A stretch of DNA of 64,000 nucleotides from Lingula anatina (Eukaryota; Animalia; Brachiopoda): positions 11,718,001 to 11,782,000 of the forward strand of contig CM120640.1 of assembly GCA_051362555.1 (NCBI GenBank), read 5' to 3'. This document shows positions 12,701-24,373 of this stretch, one piece after another. The translations under genes and the position numbers were made by a program. Position 1 is the stretch's first letter. Each line of letters begins with the position of its first letter. A model generated the notes under the pieces. The model ran no database searches. It had not been told where the DNA came from and saw nothing but the letters and a program-made list of their open reading frames with translations.

Positions 12701-15700
12701 GCTCAAATTGTTTTATGAGTCAAGGTTTACAGGGTTAATCGATATTGCAACGTATGGTTTAATATATTTAATATTTATAATGTTTTATAATGATATACCA
12801 GAAAATTGGCGTGAAGCCTTTTGTACGTTTACAAGTTTTACAACCATATCGTATGTCATGATTTAATGACAAATGTATTGACAATTTTTAATGGATTTTG
12901 ATAATGATATACTAAGTACAACGGTATTTCTTATTTAAGCGCATATGCACTCTTTTGTATATGAAGAATACTCATTTTTTTAGAATGCAAGTATATACAA
13001 ATTAGTATAACCAACATTATCTGAAAAAAGATCTCGAATGATTACATTTTGACATTTTTATTGCCAATTAATTTTTATTTCTTTTATTGGTATAACTGAA
13101 ATGATCGTTGTTTACTTTTAGCCATTTTCATCTAATACCAAAAGTGTAATGATATTTATGCATTCTATAACAGTTAATGCCTTTAGGTCAATGGTGTCAT
13201 ATTTCTTATTGTGTAAGAGATACGTTGCCAGTGCTATTGTTACAGCATATATTATGTTTTAGATAGAACTTGATCATATATTACAGTGTCGCTGAACTAT
13301 AATATATACTAACAATAAAGTGTATCAAATAGGCTACCTATTAGAACCAAAATAGTTCGTTTTGTAAGTAAGAGAAAAGTTTTACCGTTAACAAATCAGT
13401 TAACATCCAGGTTTGCCATTGTTTTAGTTCAAGTTTATATCATAGTTTATAGTGTTTTAGACTATTTTTATACATTTAATGTAAATATTCACATCCATGT
13501 TATATCAATAAATGTTGGTTATGAATAACGGAATTGTGAAGTGTAACTGTACTGGTATTGGGATGTAAAGTGATTGACATCTTTCGCCGCCTTCGACTTG
13601 CTATTGGATAACCACTACTTTTTTTCTTCTATTGGTTGCATTATTCAATCTTATTTTATTTGTCTTACACGCATACACATACCCAAAGAGAGAGGGGGTG
13701 GAATGGTGAACTACCATAAGTTTCATTTCATTGTTTTCCTATCGCCGTTGGCGCACTGCTATTCGAATACAAGCTACTACGTAATCTATAGAGTTCAGTC
13801 GACTTTCAAAGTCTTGGCGTAAATAATTTGATCATGCAGGGCGCGTGTGAGCCATTGTAGTTCGAATGTAATCATAGACTTGTCAACAGTCAAGGAAGAG
13901 CATTGCCACGGGAAACAAATTTAGCGCAACTCATTATCAAAATAATTAAAATGAAATATACCTAAAACGGACAAACAAGTGACAAAGAAGTATGCTTGCG
14001 CGCGCAGTGATACCCTGTACCATACGCCAAATGTATGTAATTGTCTAGAACAAATACGTTTGACAATTGTCTCATCCGAACCCAGGACGAAATCTGACTT
14101 TAACTGTATTAAAACAGTGCAAAGGTCGAAAGGTAACACCTGTAAATGACTCCACAAACTGTACCCACGAGGGCCTTCCATATCATACCTTGTCTTTGTT
14201 CTCCAAAATTAACAGAATTTGCACTTAAATAAGAACCTCATATTATTTCTTTTTGAAGGTAAAACTCTAAACCATAAATGATGATATTCATGAACATTTA
14301 TATACCCATGCCATAGTAGTGGTAGTAGTAGTAATAAATAATTTTTCTAAAATTTATAACACGACCAGTCACTCAAAGGTTTTATGCCTGGTCACACACG
14401 TAACATCATTATTCCCCACTTTATAAAATAAGTTTTACCTCATGGTTGGATACACTGTATATCCCATGCACAAACAGCGCTGACAAAAATGCCGAATTCT
14501 AAAGAAGTTATTTGACCGTCAAAACCTGAGAAAGTGCCAGTAAGAAATCCGCTCAACAGACATTGAACAGAGGCACTAATTCTTGTATGACACGCCCTTG
14601 TCAGGTGAGCTAGTATAACACCCATAGAGACTTTGAAGATAGTGTTGTGTAACATAGTGTTAAAATCATTAATTTAATGACCGCGCGCATTGGGAATGTC
14701 GGCACAACAAAGCACCTGCAATGGAGGTTCGAATGAATACAAATCAGACGTATTCCACTGTGGTGAGAGGCAGTTTTGGAAGAATGGCAGAAAGAGGGTG
14801 AGCATGAAGGAGGGGGGGGGGGGGGGGGGATATGTCAAATACGCGTATCTCAGATAGATGGAAGTATATTAAATGCATGTGATCTCTTTTCACTGCATCT
14901 AATAATTGTCAAGATGACAGATGATCTTAAGCTATCAACGTCGGCTGAAATTAGTATGAGCATAACTGTTGGTAATGACCCATCTTGTAATGGTATCTTA
15001 TTACACGAATCTTCTTTTCAAGCACATTTTAGATTTTTTTGTGTCATTTATGACTCTATGCTGTTCTTAGATAGACTTTAGGAAGCAAGTTGTCCAGGTT
15101 CCAAGACTATTTTGCTATTTTGGTATGAAAACACATTTGCTGTGTGCAAGTCAACGTCGATTTTATTATAGCTTTTTCACTCTTTTGGTCCCCATAAATA
15201 TCATGATTATTATCATGATCTATCATGTTGTTTGCCGTCATTTTGAAACTGTTATATCATGAACATCCACTTGCACTCCACTCTTATATACATTTTACCA
15301 ACAAAGAAAAAAATTAGACCGTGTGTAATCATCTGTGGGGTCATACATGAAAATGGAACGTTATGAACAGCATAATGAATTGTAGCCTTATCATATGCAT
15401 AAATATCTTGTGCTTTTCGTTTCAGAAACGTGGCCAATACTCAGAGACCAAGTTTCTTAATTTTACAAATTGCTTTTGTAGAATATCTTTGGAAATGTTA
15501 TTGAAGAGGAAGAGAATTTCCAAACTTCAGCCACGAGCCATATTGGCGAAAACAGTAAATCTTTACTGCTGCCAGATTTTCAAGATTACGGATTTTTTTT
15601 CCAGTGTGAAGGACTTAACAGGGCTTCAGACAGCGTCGGCTTGATTTAGTATTAGAGGTATACTGATTGCTAACAGTGGGGTGCTGCATATCCCAGCGCT

Positions 15701-16939
15701 AAGACCGTGTTGACATCTTTCCTAATAGGACAGATCGCGCCTCAATTAGCTGCATAGTAATTTGCCGGTAGGCTATACAATTCATACATTATACCATCTT
15801 CTTATGGTTTCTCCTAAATCTGTCAAATACCAAAGCAGCTTTAAAGTCAAGAGATCACACACAAAGATGAGCGGCATTGTTGCGCAATGTCGTGCTGAAG
15901 CTATTCCGTGGGTGTTGCAGATGAATCCGAATGATTCTGAAATAACGGAGCTGGATAGAACTTATATTGTTCAAATGACGCAACATTTTACTACCGAATG
16001 TGATCGAGAATACGCCCATCAAATCAATGACAAGTAGGCCAGCTGATGCGAAGAGGATTACCCTAAACCAGATGATCGGGCATTCGTCTCTGTATCTATT
16101 CATCGACCAAAATGCATAGGCCTACCTTGTTCGAAATTAATATTTCTTGTAATCCTAGACTCGCTGCACATGGATAATGTCTTTACTTGCCTTAATTTAG
16201 GTATTATAATCCAGTCGTTAGCGCAAATAAACATTAACATCCTCGGATGCTTTGCTACAATCGAGAAAATCCTTCATAACATTTAAATGGGAATGGACAA
16301 TGCTTTGTTGCGTTGAAATAAAGCAGATCTTCATTTATCAATGGATATATAGATAAGAATTAACTGAAGTTAATATTTAAATAACATATATATCATCTGC
16401 TGACAGTAGGCTAAGACTTTGCTCAGGGAAATCGAGGCTTTGATAGGTTCAATCAGGTGCCCCCCCCCCTCCTCTGCTTGAACCCCCCTCCCCGGGGACT
16501 GAAAAATATAGACGTTGGTAGAACATGGAAAATCGACCCTAAACGTGACAAAGAAATGAAAAAAAAATACCAAGATAAATGTGTAACATACTGCAAGGTA
16601 ATAAATGTGCTATCACAGCTATGTTTATCCGATTCAAAGGAAAAAATCTGCAGAACCTCAAGCGTATTGTGTTAGTTGTGACCCGAAAGAAACATTTGTC
16701 GTTGTTCTCCATGTACTGACCTCATTTTCGTAACTGTGATTTCGAATACATAGAATATGAGGATACGAGAAGTGACTGAACGTGCCGAACGTGCAACATT
16801 GGAAAGCAAGGACGTAGGTCGAAGAAAATGGTCACGTACAGGCTAGCCAACGTCCGGAAAGCTGATAAGCACGAAGAAAAGGTCCAGCAGGAAAATCAGT
16901 ATTTAGTCAGTGCATATAGATAGAACGATTACCTCAGAT

Positions 16940-17287
16940 ATGAACATTATTAGGACTGTCAACACTGTTGCTTCTGCCGGCACTGGCAGTGGAAGACCAA
17001 GTCTATTTAGGTTGTTGCAAGGCTCGAACGTCCGAAATTTAGGGACATTAAGGCTGAGAGTTGAGAGACGAATTGCTGCAAACGGACCTCAACATCAGGC
17101 CATTTCAGTGCGTACTTATAAACGCGGTGGTTGGTACCAGGGGAAGGGAAATGAGAGCTTTTATCTGACTGTCATGTTGCTGGTTACAGCTGCTCATTTC
17201 CTTATATTTGGAGGTGTGAAACTGAGTACCTATTTAACCAAACGAAAAGAAGATAGAGGCGAGCAGAAAAGAAAAGTCTATATTTAA
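16940..17287 (+). CDS. Candidate 115-aa mitochondrial single-pass membrane microprotein (unrecognised family)
   Basis: ATG-initiated ORF in a CpG-rich promoter-like patch. It has 10 Arg and only one acidic residue in the first ~70 aa, a VRTY cleavage-like motif, a hydrophobic stretch FYLTVMLLVTAAHFLIFGGV, and a charged C-tail. Confidence 0.55.
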   Translation: MNIIRTVNTVASAGTGSGRPSLFRLLQGSNVRNLGTLRLRVERRIAANGPQHQAISVRTYKRGGWYQGKGNESFYLTVMLLVTAAHFLIFGGVKLSTYLTKRKEDRGEQKRKVYI

Positions 17288-18317
17288 TGGTTGGTACCCT
17301 TTCAACATTTTAGTCGAAAGTTAGCATTGTCAAAGGTAAAACTAAGAGGAATTTTTATGATTTTTAAGAATTTGAAAGATGTTGCTGTCATGATTAAGCC
17401 TTTTAAAGGTAACCTACATTGTATATCCTGTATTTTACATCATAACTAAATTTTCCTAGAGAGAAATATTATTCTCCTACATATTCAAGAATCATTGTTT
17501 GGCCTATTCTGCATTTTGATAGGATGTTTTATACCTGTTGTTGATTAAATGATTTAATCCTAAAACTTTCCCATAAAATGTAAAATGGCATCTGCCTTCC
17601 TTACATTTACAATATACATTAATGCACAGAATCAGAAATGGCACAACATTTTCACTTTTAAAAAACTAGTGCAGTGTTTTGAGCATTGGGTTTTATTGCG
17701 ATATACGTAGTCATCCTTATGAAGCTGAGAGATGCCATTGCTTGGATCTTGCAAGGATCTAAGGGTCTAAAAAGAAAATAATGGCATAATTAAGGTACTC
17801 ATTAGACAAACTTTTGTTAAAGGGGCTTTATTCTTTTCAAGCTCTGAATAGAAGCTTTGCAGGATTAAAGTATGACTTTTCCAAATGAAGCCAGGATAAA
17901 AAATAATTGTTATTCATATACTGTACTTTAGTTGTTAGACTGAAATGTGTGTTAACATTAGTTTGCATCCTTACATGCAGAGCCATTATTTTCATTATTA
18001 ATATTTTTTGCTCTTTTGTAGGATTATGGACAAGATGGAGCAAGTTGTTGTTGTACAAAATGTGGCAGTAGAAGAGATTAATCTTGACTTTGCTGAAGCT
18101 ATACAACTCTACAATAACACAAGCCATCTTCATCAGCCCAGTGTATAAAATCACAACAACATCAAACCATGGATGAACAGAACTGTGTTGACCTTAATTT
18201 AAAACAACTAGTTAGCTTTTTGTGAAAAATGGCTTGCCAAAAAATGTGTATGGATGTGCACAGCAGTGCCCACCTTGTTATGTTATCCTAAAACCGTCAG
18301 TGATCAATATTGAAATC

Positions 18318-18322
<5 letters not shown>

Positions 18323-18394
<72 letters not shown>
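18323..18394. repeat. Compound microsatellite (TA)n(GA)n
   Basis: Directly visible dinucleotide runs. Confidence 0.95.
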
Positions 18395-18397
<3 letters not shown>

Positions 18398-19615
18398 AAG
18401 ATGGAGATTACTTTTTTATGATTGTTAAAAATGCAATGTATTGACCCAAATGAAGAATCTTATTTATTAAGAAAATATCGATTCTAAAACAAAATTATTA
18501 ACTCTAATGCTGGACACTCACGTAGATCTGCCAGATTTTACAAATTCCAGTGTTTTGTCCTTATCACAAGGACATCTTCAGGGAACTGTCATTATTTTTT
18601 AATACCTCTGAGAATGCCTCTTAATACCTCTCAGATGGGTAGAAGCTGCATACTACACATTATTGATTAAGGAATTGTAAGGCAGTGAGTCAATAGTGGG
18701 AACATAGATGTATTTGCTCAATGTACTAATCGTGAATCATATGAGAAAAACTACTGTTTCTGTGAAAATGGTCCAAAAGATTAATTATATTTATCTATAT
18801 ATTTATTTGATGCTAAGATCCAATATAATAACTTATATTGGGTCTTTGATGTTGGTTTGATGCTTGCTATCATTAAAATTGGATGGAAATTTGCTAGCTT
18901 ATTTGTTTGGTAGATTTTTTTGTCTAAGAATACATATAACATTTATACCGGGTTTTTGCTACATGTACATTTTTATTGTTAATTATGGTTTAAGATTAAT
19001 TTTTTGGATATGTGACAAAAAAAAAAAAAAAAAAGGAATGGCGTTCCATATTGATAAACTACATCTGCATTTACCCCAATTTTCAACTTTTTCTCAAGAC
19101 AAATTTTCATGATCAGTATGCTTTTGTTATTTCTAGTGACGTTTGAAGGGCGCGTCTGAAGCATGCAGCATTGCTGGCATAGTTAAGCTGTGTACCTAAA
19201 ATCAGGGAATTATATCGGATATAATTCCATGCTAAAATGAAGGGTGCCTAAAGTATAAATTTAAACATTTATATGTCTTGCTGCATAAATCTCTTGTGAC
19301 AGGATTTTTTGTGTCTATCACATTATTAGATAACGGAAATGTTAATTCCCTTTGCCATGCACTTTCTGCTCGATGACCCACCAGGAGCTCCCGTCGGCGC
19401 TTGTTGCATTTTTAAATGGCTTATCTTGTAGAGAGCTCTCCCTAAAGAGGAGGTAGGATTCGCCCATTGGAAATGGAAAGCACGCTGCGAGTGATAACTG
19501 CATTTTTGGTGCACCACTGAGGAATATCTTAACAAACGTTGGCTGTTTTTACCGGCTGTATTTGTGCTCTTCTAAGGGCTTGCATCTTTTGCACAAGAAC
19601 CTGAATTCATACAAA

Positions 19616-22600
19616 ATGTCTTTTCGAAGATTTGGGATACTTAATACTGCCTCAAATTATATATGCAGGCAAAATGCGCACACAACGTTTAGGTTGTCCA
19701 CTCGTCTGCTTCATTTTCATGCCGGTAAATATGATCAACTATATGGATATCCTGGTTATCAGCATCGAATTGGAAGATTCAGAACAAAGACAGAATTAAA
19801 GTTAAAAACACACATTTTGATGAGTTCTAGATGGAAACAATGCTCTTCTTCAGGTGGTAATCAATCAACAAATGAACGGTGTGGAAACAACACAGAAGAA
19901 ACGGCAAAAGTTCACAAAGTGAAAAAGGGCATTGGAAGTTTGATCAGGTTTACATGCCTAAGTGCTGTTACATTGGGAGCTGCTGTATATTTGACTTATA
20001 AATATTCAGGCAGTTCAGACCCTGATAATCAAGACGAAAACCCTCTTGAATCAAATCGGATAAAAAGGGTGCATGATCCTGAACTTGGAAAGAAAGCCAA
20101 GTTGATTTATTACAAGGATGTTTATCTTCCTTACTTTATGGAAAATGAACTACAAGATATTGATGACTTTGAAGTAAGAGATTCAGACATATGGGTTATT
20201 ACTTTCCCCAAATCAGGTATAAAACTTTTCTTCTTCTTATGACCCTAGACTCGAACAACGTATAGTTTAGTGATTCAGCTAAGGTTTTAATATTAGACGT
20301 AAAAGAATATACCCAGTAATAATTAGTCCTGTCCAAATACATATATATTGCCAAAACATGTACGTGTATACCTCATATATGTGTATTCTATTGAAAACTG
20401 CAGAAACTGAATACTCCATTTGGTTCAAAATTATTTCAAAGGGAACATCAAAATAAGTGTTTGAACTTCAAAACATAAATATGGGAGATATGAAGATATA
20501 ATTATGACAATTTTTGTAGTCTGGCGTGTGTAACATCTTAATTCTTCTCATGCCTCCCCCCTCCCCCCATTTGTTACTTTTACTACCTCATTACAGTTAT
20601 TTTAGTTCCATTTAAAAGTATTTCATGATTGTATGAAATAAAACTTTGCTGAACTTTCTCAGATTTGCTGCTTTCATTTATGTTAATCACCTGTCAGATG
20701 TACCTATTTTGGCATGACACATACTAGTATCTGTACTTCTATAGCATTAGGGTCATTGCAAAGTACACAATGTACTTGAATTTTTCTACTCTGTTACATC
20801 TTTGACACTGCAAAATCAGTTTACTCTTATATTCGTAAAGATGTAGTTCAAGAAAGTTAAGATGAGGTGTATTCTTCAGTTTTATTCGAGTTCCTTTTTT
20901 ATTGAATATGCAATTTATTTTTTTATGTGTGCATTTTTTTGTTTGCTCCTCTGTTGGTAAAGAATAAGGTGATAAAATGTGTTTATTAATCTTATTAATC
21001 TCATTACACATATAAAATATATTTTTAAGTTTAAATGAAATGTTGAATATATTTACAGGTACTACATGGGTGCAGGAAATGGTTTACCTCATACAAAATG
21101 ATCTGGATGTGTCTAAAGCCATGGATAGAAATATGGAGGAGAGATTCAGTTATTTTGAATTTCCATACCCTGGACTCAAAACAATAAGTCAGGAAAAGCC
21201 ACCAAGATTCATTAAATCTCACCTTCCATGTCATTTACTGCCAAAAAGTATGACCACTTCAAAATGCAAGGTACTAGAACATTGTGTGCTCATGCATTTC
21301 CATATATTTATATTTATACATTTAATTGTACCAAGTATTTACTGTTATGATGCACAGAAGTTTCAGATGCAGATGTTCAAGATGCAGACGTATTTATAAT
21401 TTTGTTGACCATTTACATCTATTACAAATTTATGTACTTGTCTCTATTTAGTGAAGATGAGTTGTTTATCTGTCTTTCCCTGATTCCATCCACACAATAC
21501 AGGGTTCCAGAAGAGACAGGCTTGTGGCTGAAGTGATGTGTAGTGGTGTAAGACGTGAAGCTGAGTGGGCAATTTTAGCTTGAGGTGAACGGGAGTGAAA
21601 ACGTGGCCTCAAGAGAAAAAATTGTTTTTTTGCAATATTAGAAAAAAAGATAAAGCATTGCACAACGCTTGTGGTTTGGTGCCATTCAGTTATTAGTTGC
21701 GAACTACTTCCTGGTTTTCACGGGGTCCTTTAAGGACTCTAAAACATCATTATAAAACCCCCCAAAATAATTAGCCATGGGCATATCAGATTACAAACAT
21801 GCAAAAATTGCACATGACAACGATTTACAGCCTCGCGGGAATTCTTTTCCCCTGATGCTCTTTGTAGTACTGTAGGTTGATGCAGCATATATTTCAAAAC
21901 AAATTGACTGCAAATTAAACAAGACTTTGCACCTTCAGGTTTCCTAACATGTTTTCATATCATGTACGTATTATTTCTACATGTACAAGTATTCTCTGCC
22001 CAAAATGGCAAAAGAAAAAATGTTATCTCACCATATTGTTGGAAAAAACTGCTTTTTTCTCTGAGCCCACATCTTGAAACACGTTCACCTCCAGCTAAAA
22101 ATGACCACCAGCACAATCCTGTCTCTTCTGGTACCCTCTTTTTTGTCCTTTAAAAAAAAAAAAATCAAAAGTCCTCATATTGGTAAGAAAACCTTGACTA
22201 AAATTTAATGACAATGATGTATTTTTTCAGAAAATATATGTAGTCAGGAATCCCAGGGATGTAACAGTGTCTTATTACCATTTCATAAGAATGATCAATG
22301 AAATTAAATACAGAGGCAATTTCAGGGGATTTTTTGAGAGATTTAGGCTAGGCATGGGTAAGTGACTTTTTCTGCCTAGTAAGTAAATGTAGTTGACCAT
22401 TGTTTGACTATTGTTTCAAATAGCATTCAATTTCATCTTCATTTAGGTATCGGAGTTTCAGTTATAGAATAAAGGTAAATTGTTTCCAATAGCACTCAGT
22501 TTGATCTTCATTTAGGTGTTTGACTTTCAGGGTAGAATAAAGATTATATTGAAGGAACATTGGGTAAAACAATATGTGAAAAATACAATATTCATGTTGA

Positions 22601-24373
22601 TTTTTTCTCCTTTGGACCAGTTGCTTATGGGCCATGGTGGGATCATGTGAAAGGCTATTGGGAGCATAGGGATGATGAAAACATGTTATTTCTGAAGTAT
22701 GAGGACTTGCAAAAAGTAAGCAATGAGAAAAAACTAAAGCTTTAATAATATGAATACTTTAAGCAGTAATGGGACGTGTTCACAATGAATTTATCGACCA
22801 AGCTACATTGTGCTCACACTAACTCCACAGGGACTCTTGCTGAATGCAGTCAGATTAACAGATTAACACTGGCGTTAAGTGGATGATGATATGATTATTG
22901 GAAACAAGAGGGGGCATGTTAGTCTGTTAATCTGATTGCAGTGAGGGTCACCATGGAGTTTTAGTCACTTGTAGCTAGGTTGATAAATTCATTGTGTACG
23001 GGCCCATAATCACATGTACCTGAAGACAAACATAGCTTAACATGGGGAAAACTTTTCTGATACTGATTCTGTGCTGGTCCGAACTAAATATTTTATTTCC
23101 ATTAAATTATGTTTAAATGTGGTTTATTGTTATTCAGTGTATTTTCACATAAACCTTGTCATTCTAGAGGACCTGCTTTATCAAAATAGTGCCATTCCTT
23201 GGGCTTTCTGAGGCGGTCATAACTGGTCTGACCAATAGTTTTCCCATGTCTATGAGCATACTGTTTTTGCTTCCTTTTTATTTTTGGTCAGGATGCACAT
23301 ACTGTCTGTAATAATACAATTACTTTATTGACACTCTTTTTTTTTCAAGGATCCTTATGGGGGAGTAAAGAAAATTGCAAAATTCCTGGGAAAAGACCTA
23401 AACGAAAAGGAAGTATACAATGTGGCAGTATACTGTAGTTTCTTTTGCATGAAGGACAATCCAGCCTCAAACTATTCTTGGTGGGATACTTTTGGTTTAA
23501 GAGATAAGAAAGAGGCAAAATTCCTACGAAAAGGTGAGGTTGCTTTTAGGGCTGTGCTACTTTCAAATGTCATACACACCCCATTTCCATAGATTAGATC
23601 GACCTACTTTAAATCGACCTAACTCCCTGGGGGTTCACGCTAAATAGCTGTCAGCCGGGCAGACACGAAAGTTAATTACCCCCTTACAGCTTGTAGTAGG
23701 CAGGACGGACATTTAAGTCAGATTATCTGAAAGTAATCTAGTGAGACTCCCCGCGGGGATAGATTGATCTAAAATCTATTGGAATAGAGCCTTAGATACA
23801 TGTTCATCACTGGTCCTACCAGTCTGCTGTCATCGGGTGACCAGATCACATTACATCCAGAGCTGTAAATCTCACGTGAAACATTAAGAACCAGCTGTGT
23901 AGAGTTATTAATGAAATAATACAATATGTATAAACACTTTATTTATCAGCAGGCTTCATTTATTAAATAAGGTGCCTTTGTGTATTTTTACTCCTTTTTT
24001 ACTCCATATTTGTTTGAAACTAAACTACAAAGTACAGGTGTAATAATGAAACATTTTTCAGCTTTATCTGTTATTTGGCAGCCAGCATTTTGTTAGTTTT
24101 AAATTAAAAGTGCTAATACTTTATTAGTAAAATCAACATTTCCTAGTTTGCTGTCTGTTCATTCATTTGTCTAAGGGGATGTTATTTTACAAGTAAACTT
24201 ATATGTTGTTTTGTCATGTTCAAAACCAGTTTCTATTTAAATATTTTTTAGGGATAGTTGGTGACTGGAAAAACTACTTCACAAATGACATGTGTCACAA
24301 AATGGACCAGGTAGTGGATGAAAAATTGGCAGGAACGGGTCTGACATTTGAATACGAGATACCAAAACGTTGA
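19616..24373 (+). CDS. Cytosolic-family (SULT4A1-like) sulfotransferase with N-terminal presequence and transmembrane segment, ~446 aa, 6 exons
   Basis: Exons 19616-20216, 21059-21270, 22231-22357, 22621-22715, 23350-23533 and 24252-24373, all GT-AG and phase-consistent. Motifs: 5'-PSB TFPKSGTTW, catalytic KSHLP, 3'-[42 protein letters not shown]. Confidence 0.93.
22770..23006. mobile_element. Foldback MITE (PIF/Harbinger-like) in SULT intron 4
   Basis: ~100-bp imperfect inverted arms (TGGG..CACAATGAATTTATC..CTACA..CAGATTAACAGA). TAA flanks both sides (22767-22769 and 23007-23009). Confidence 0.75.
23577..23791 (+). mobile_element. 215-bp Harbinger-like MITE, copy 1 (SULT intron 5)
   Basis: Same length as, and highly similar to, 60596-60810; imperfect ~30-bp TIRs; TTA on the right flank. 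Confidence 0.85.

Noticed and set aside
17585-18147. Short ORFs of 41, 20 and 40 aa downstream of the microprotein, suggesting a polycistronic smORF transcript
   Set aside because: Lengths are within chance expectation and they share no motif; kept only as possible 3' exons.
18650-18708. H/ACA snoRNA-like pattern (ATACTA, 11-bp stem, ACA)
   Set aside because: No pseudouridylation pocket geometry and no convincing 5' hairpin.
22419-22543. ~69-bp imperfect tandem duplication in SULT intron 3
   Set aside because: Only two diverged units with no spacer structure; an ordinary local duplication, not CRISPR-like.
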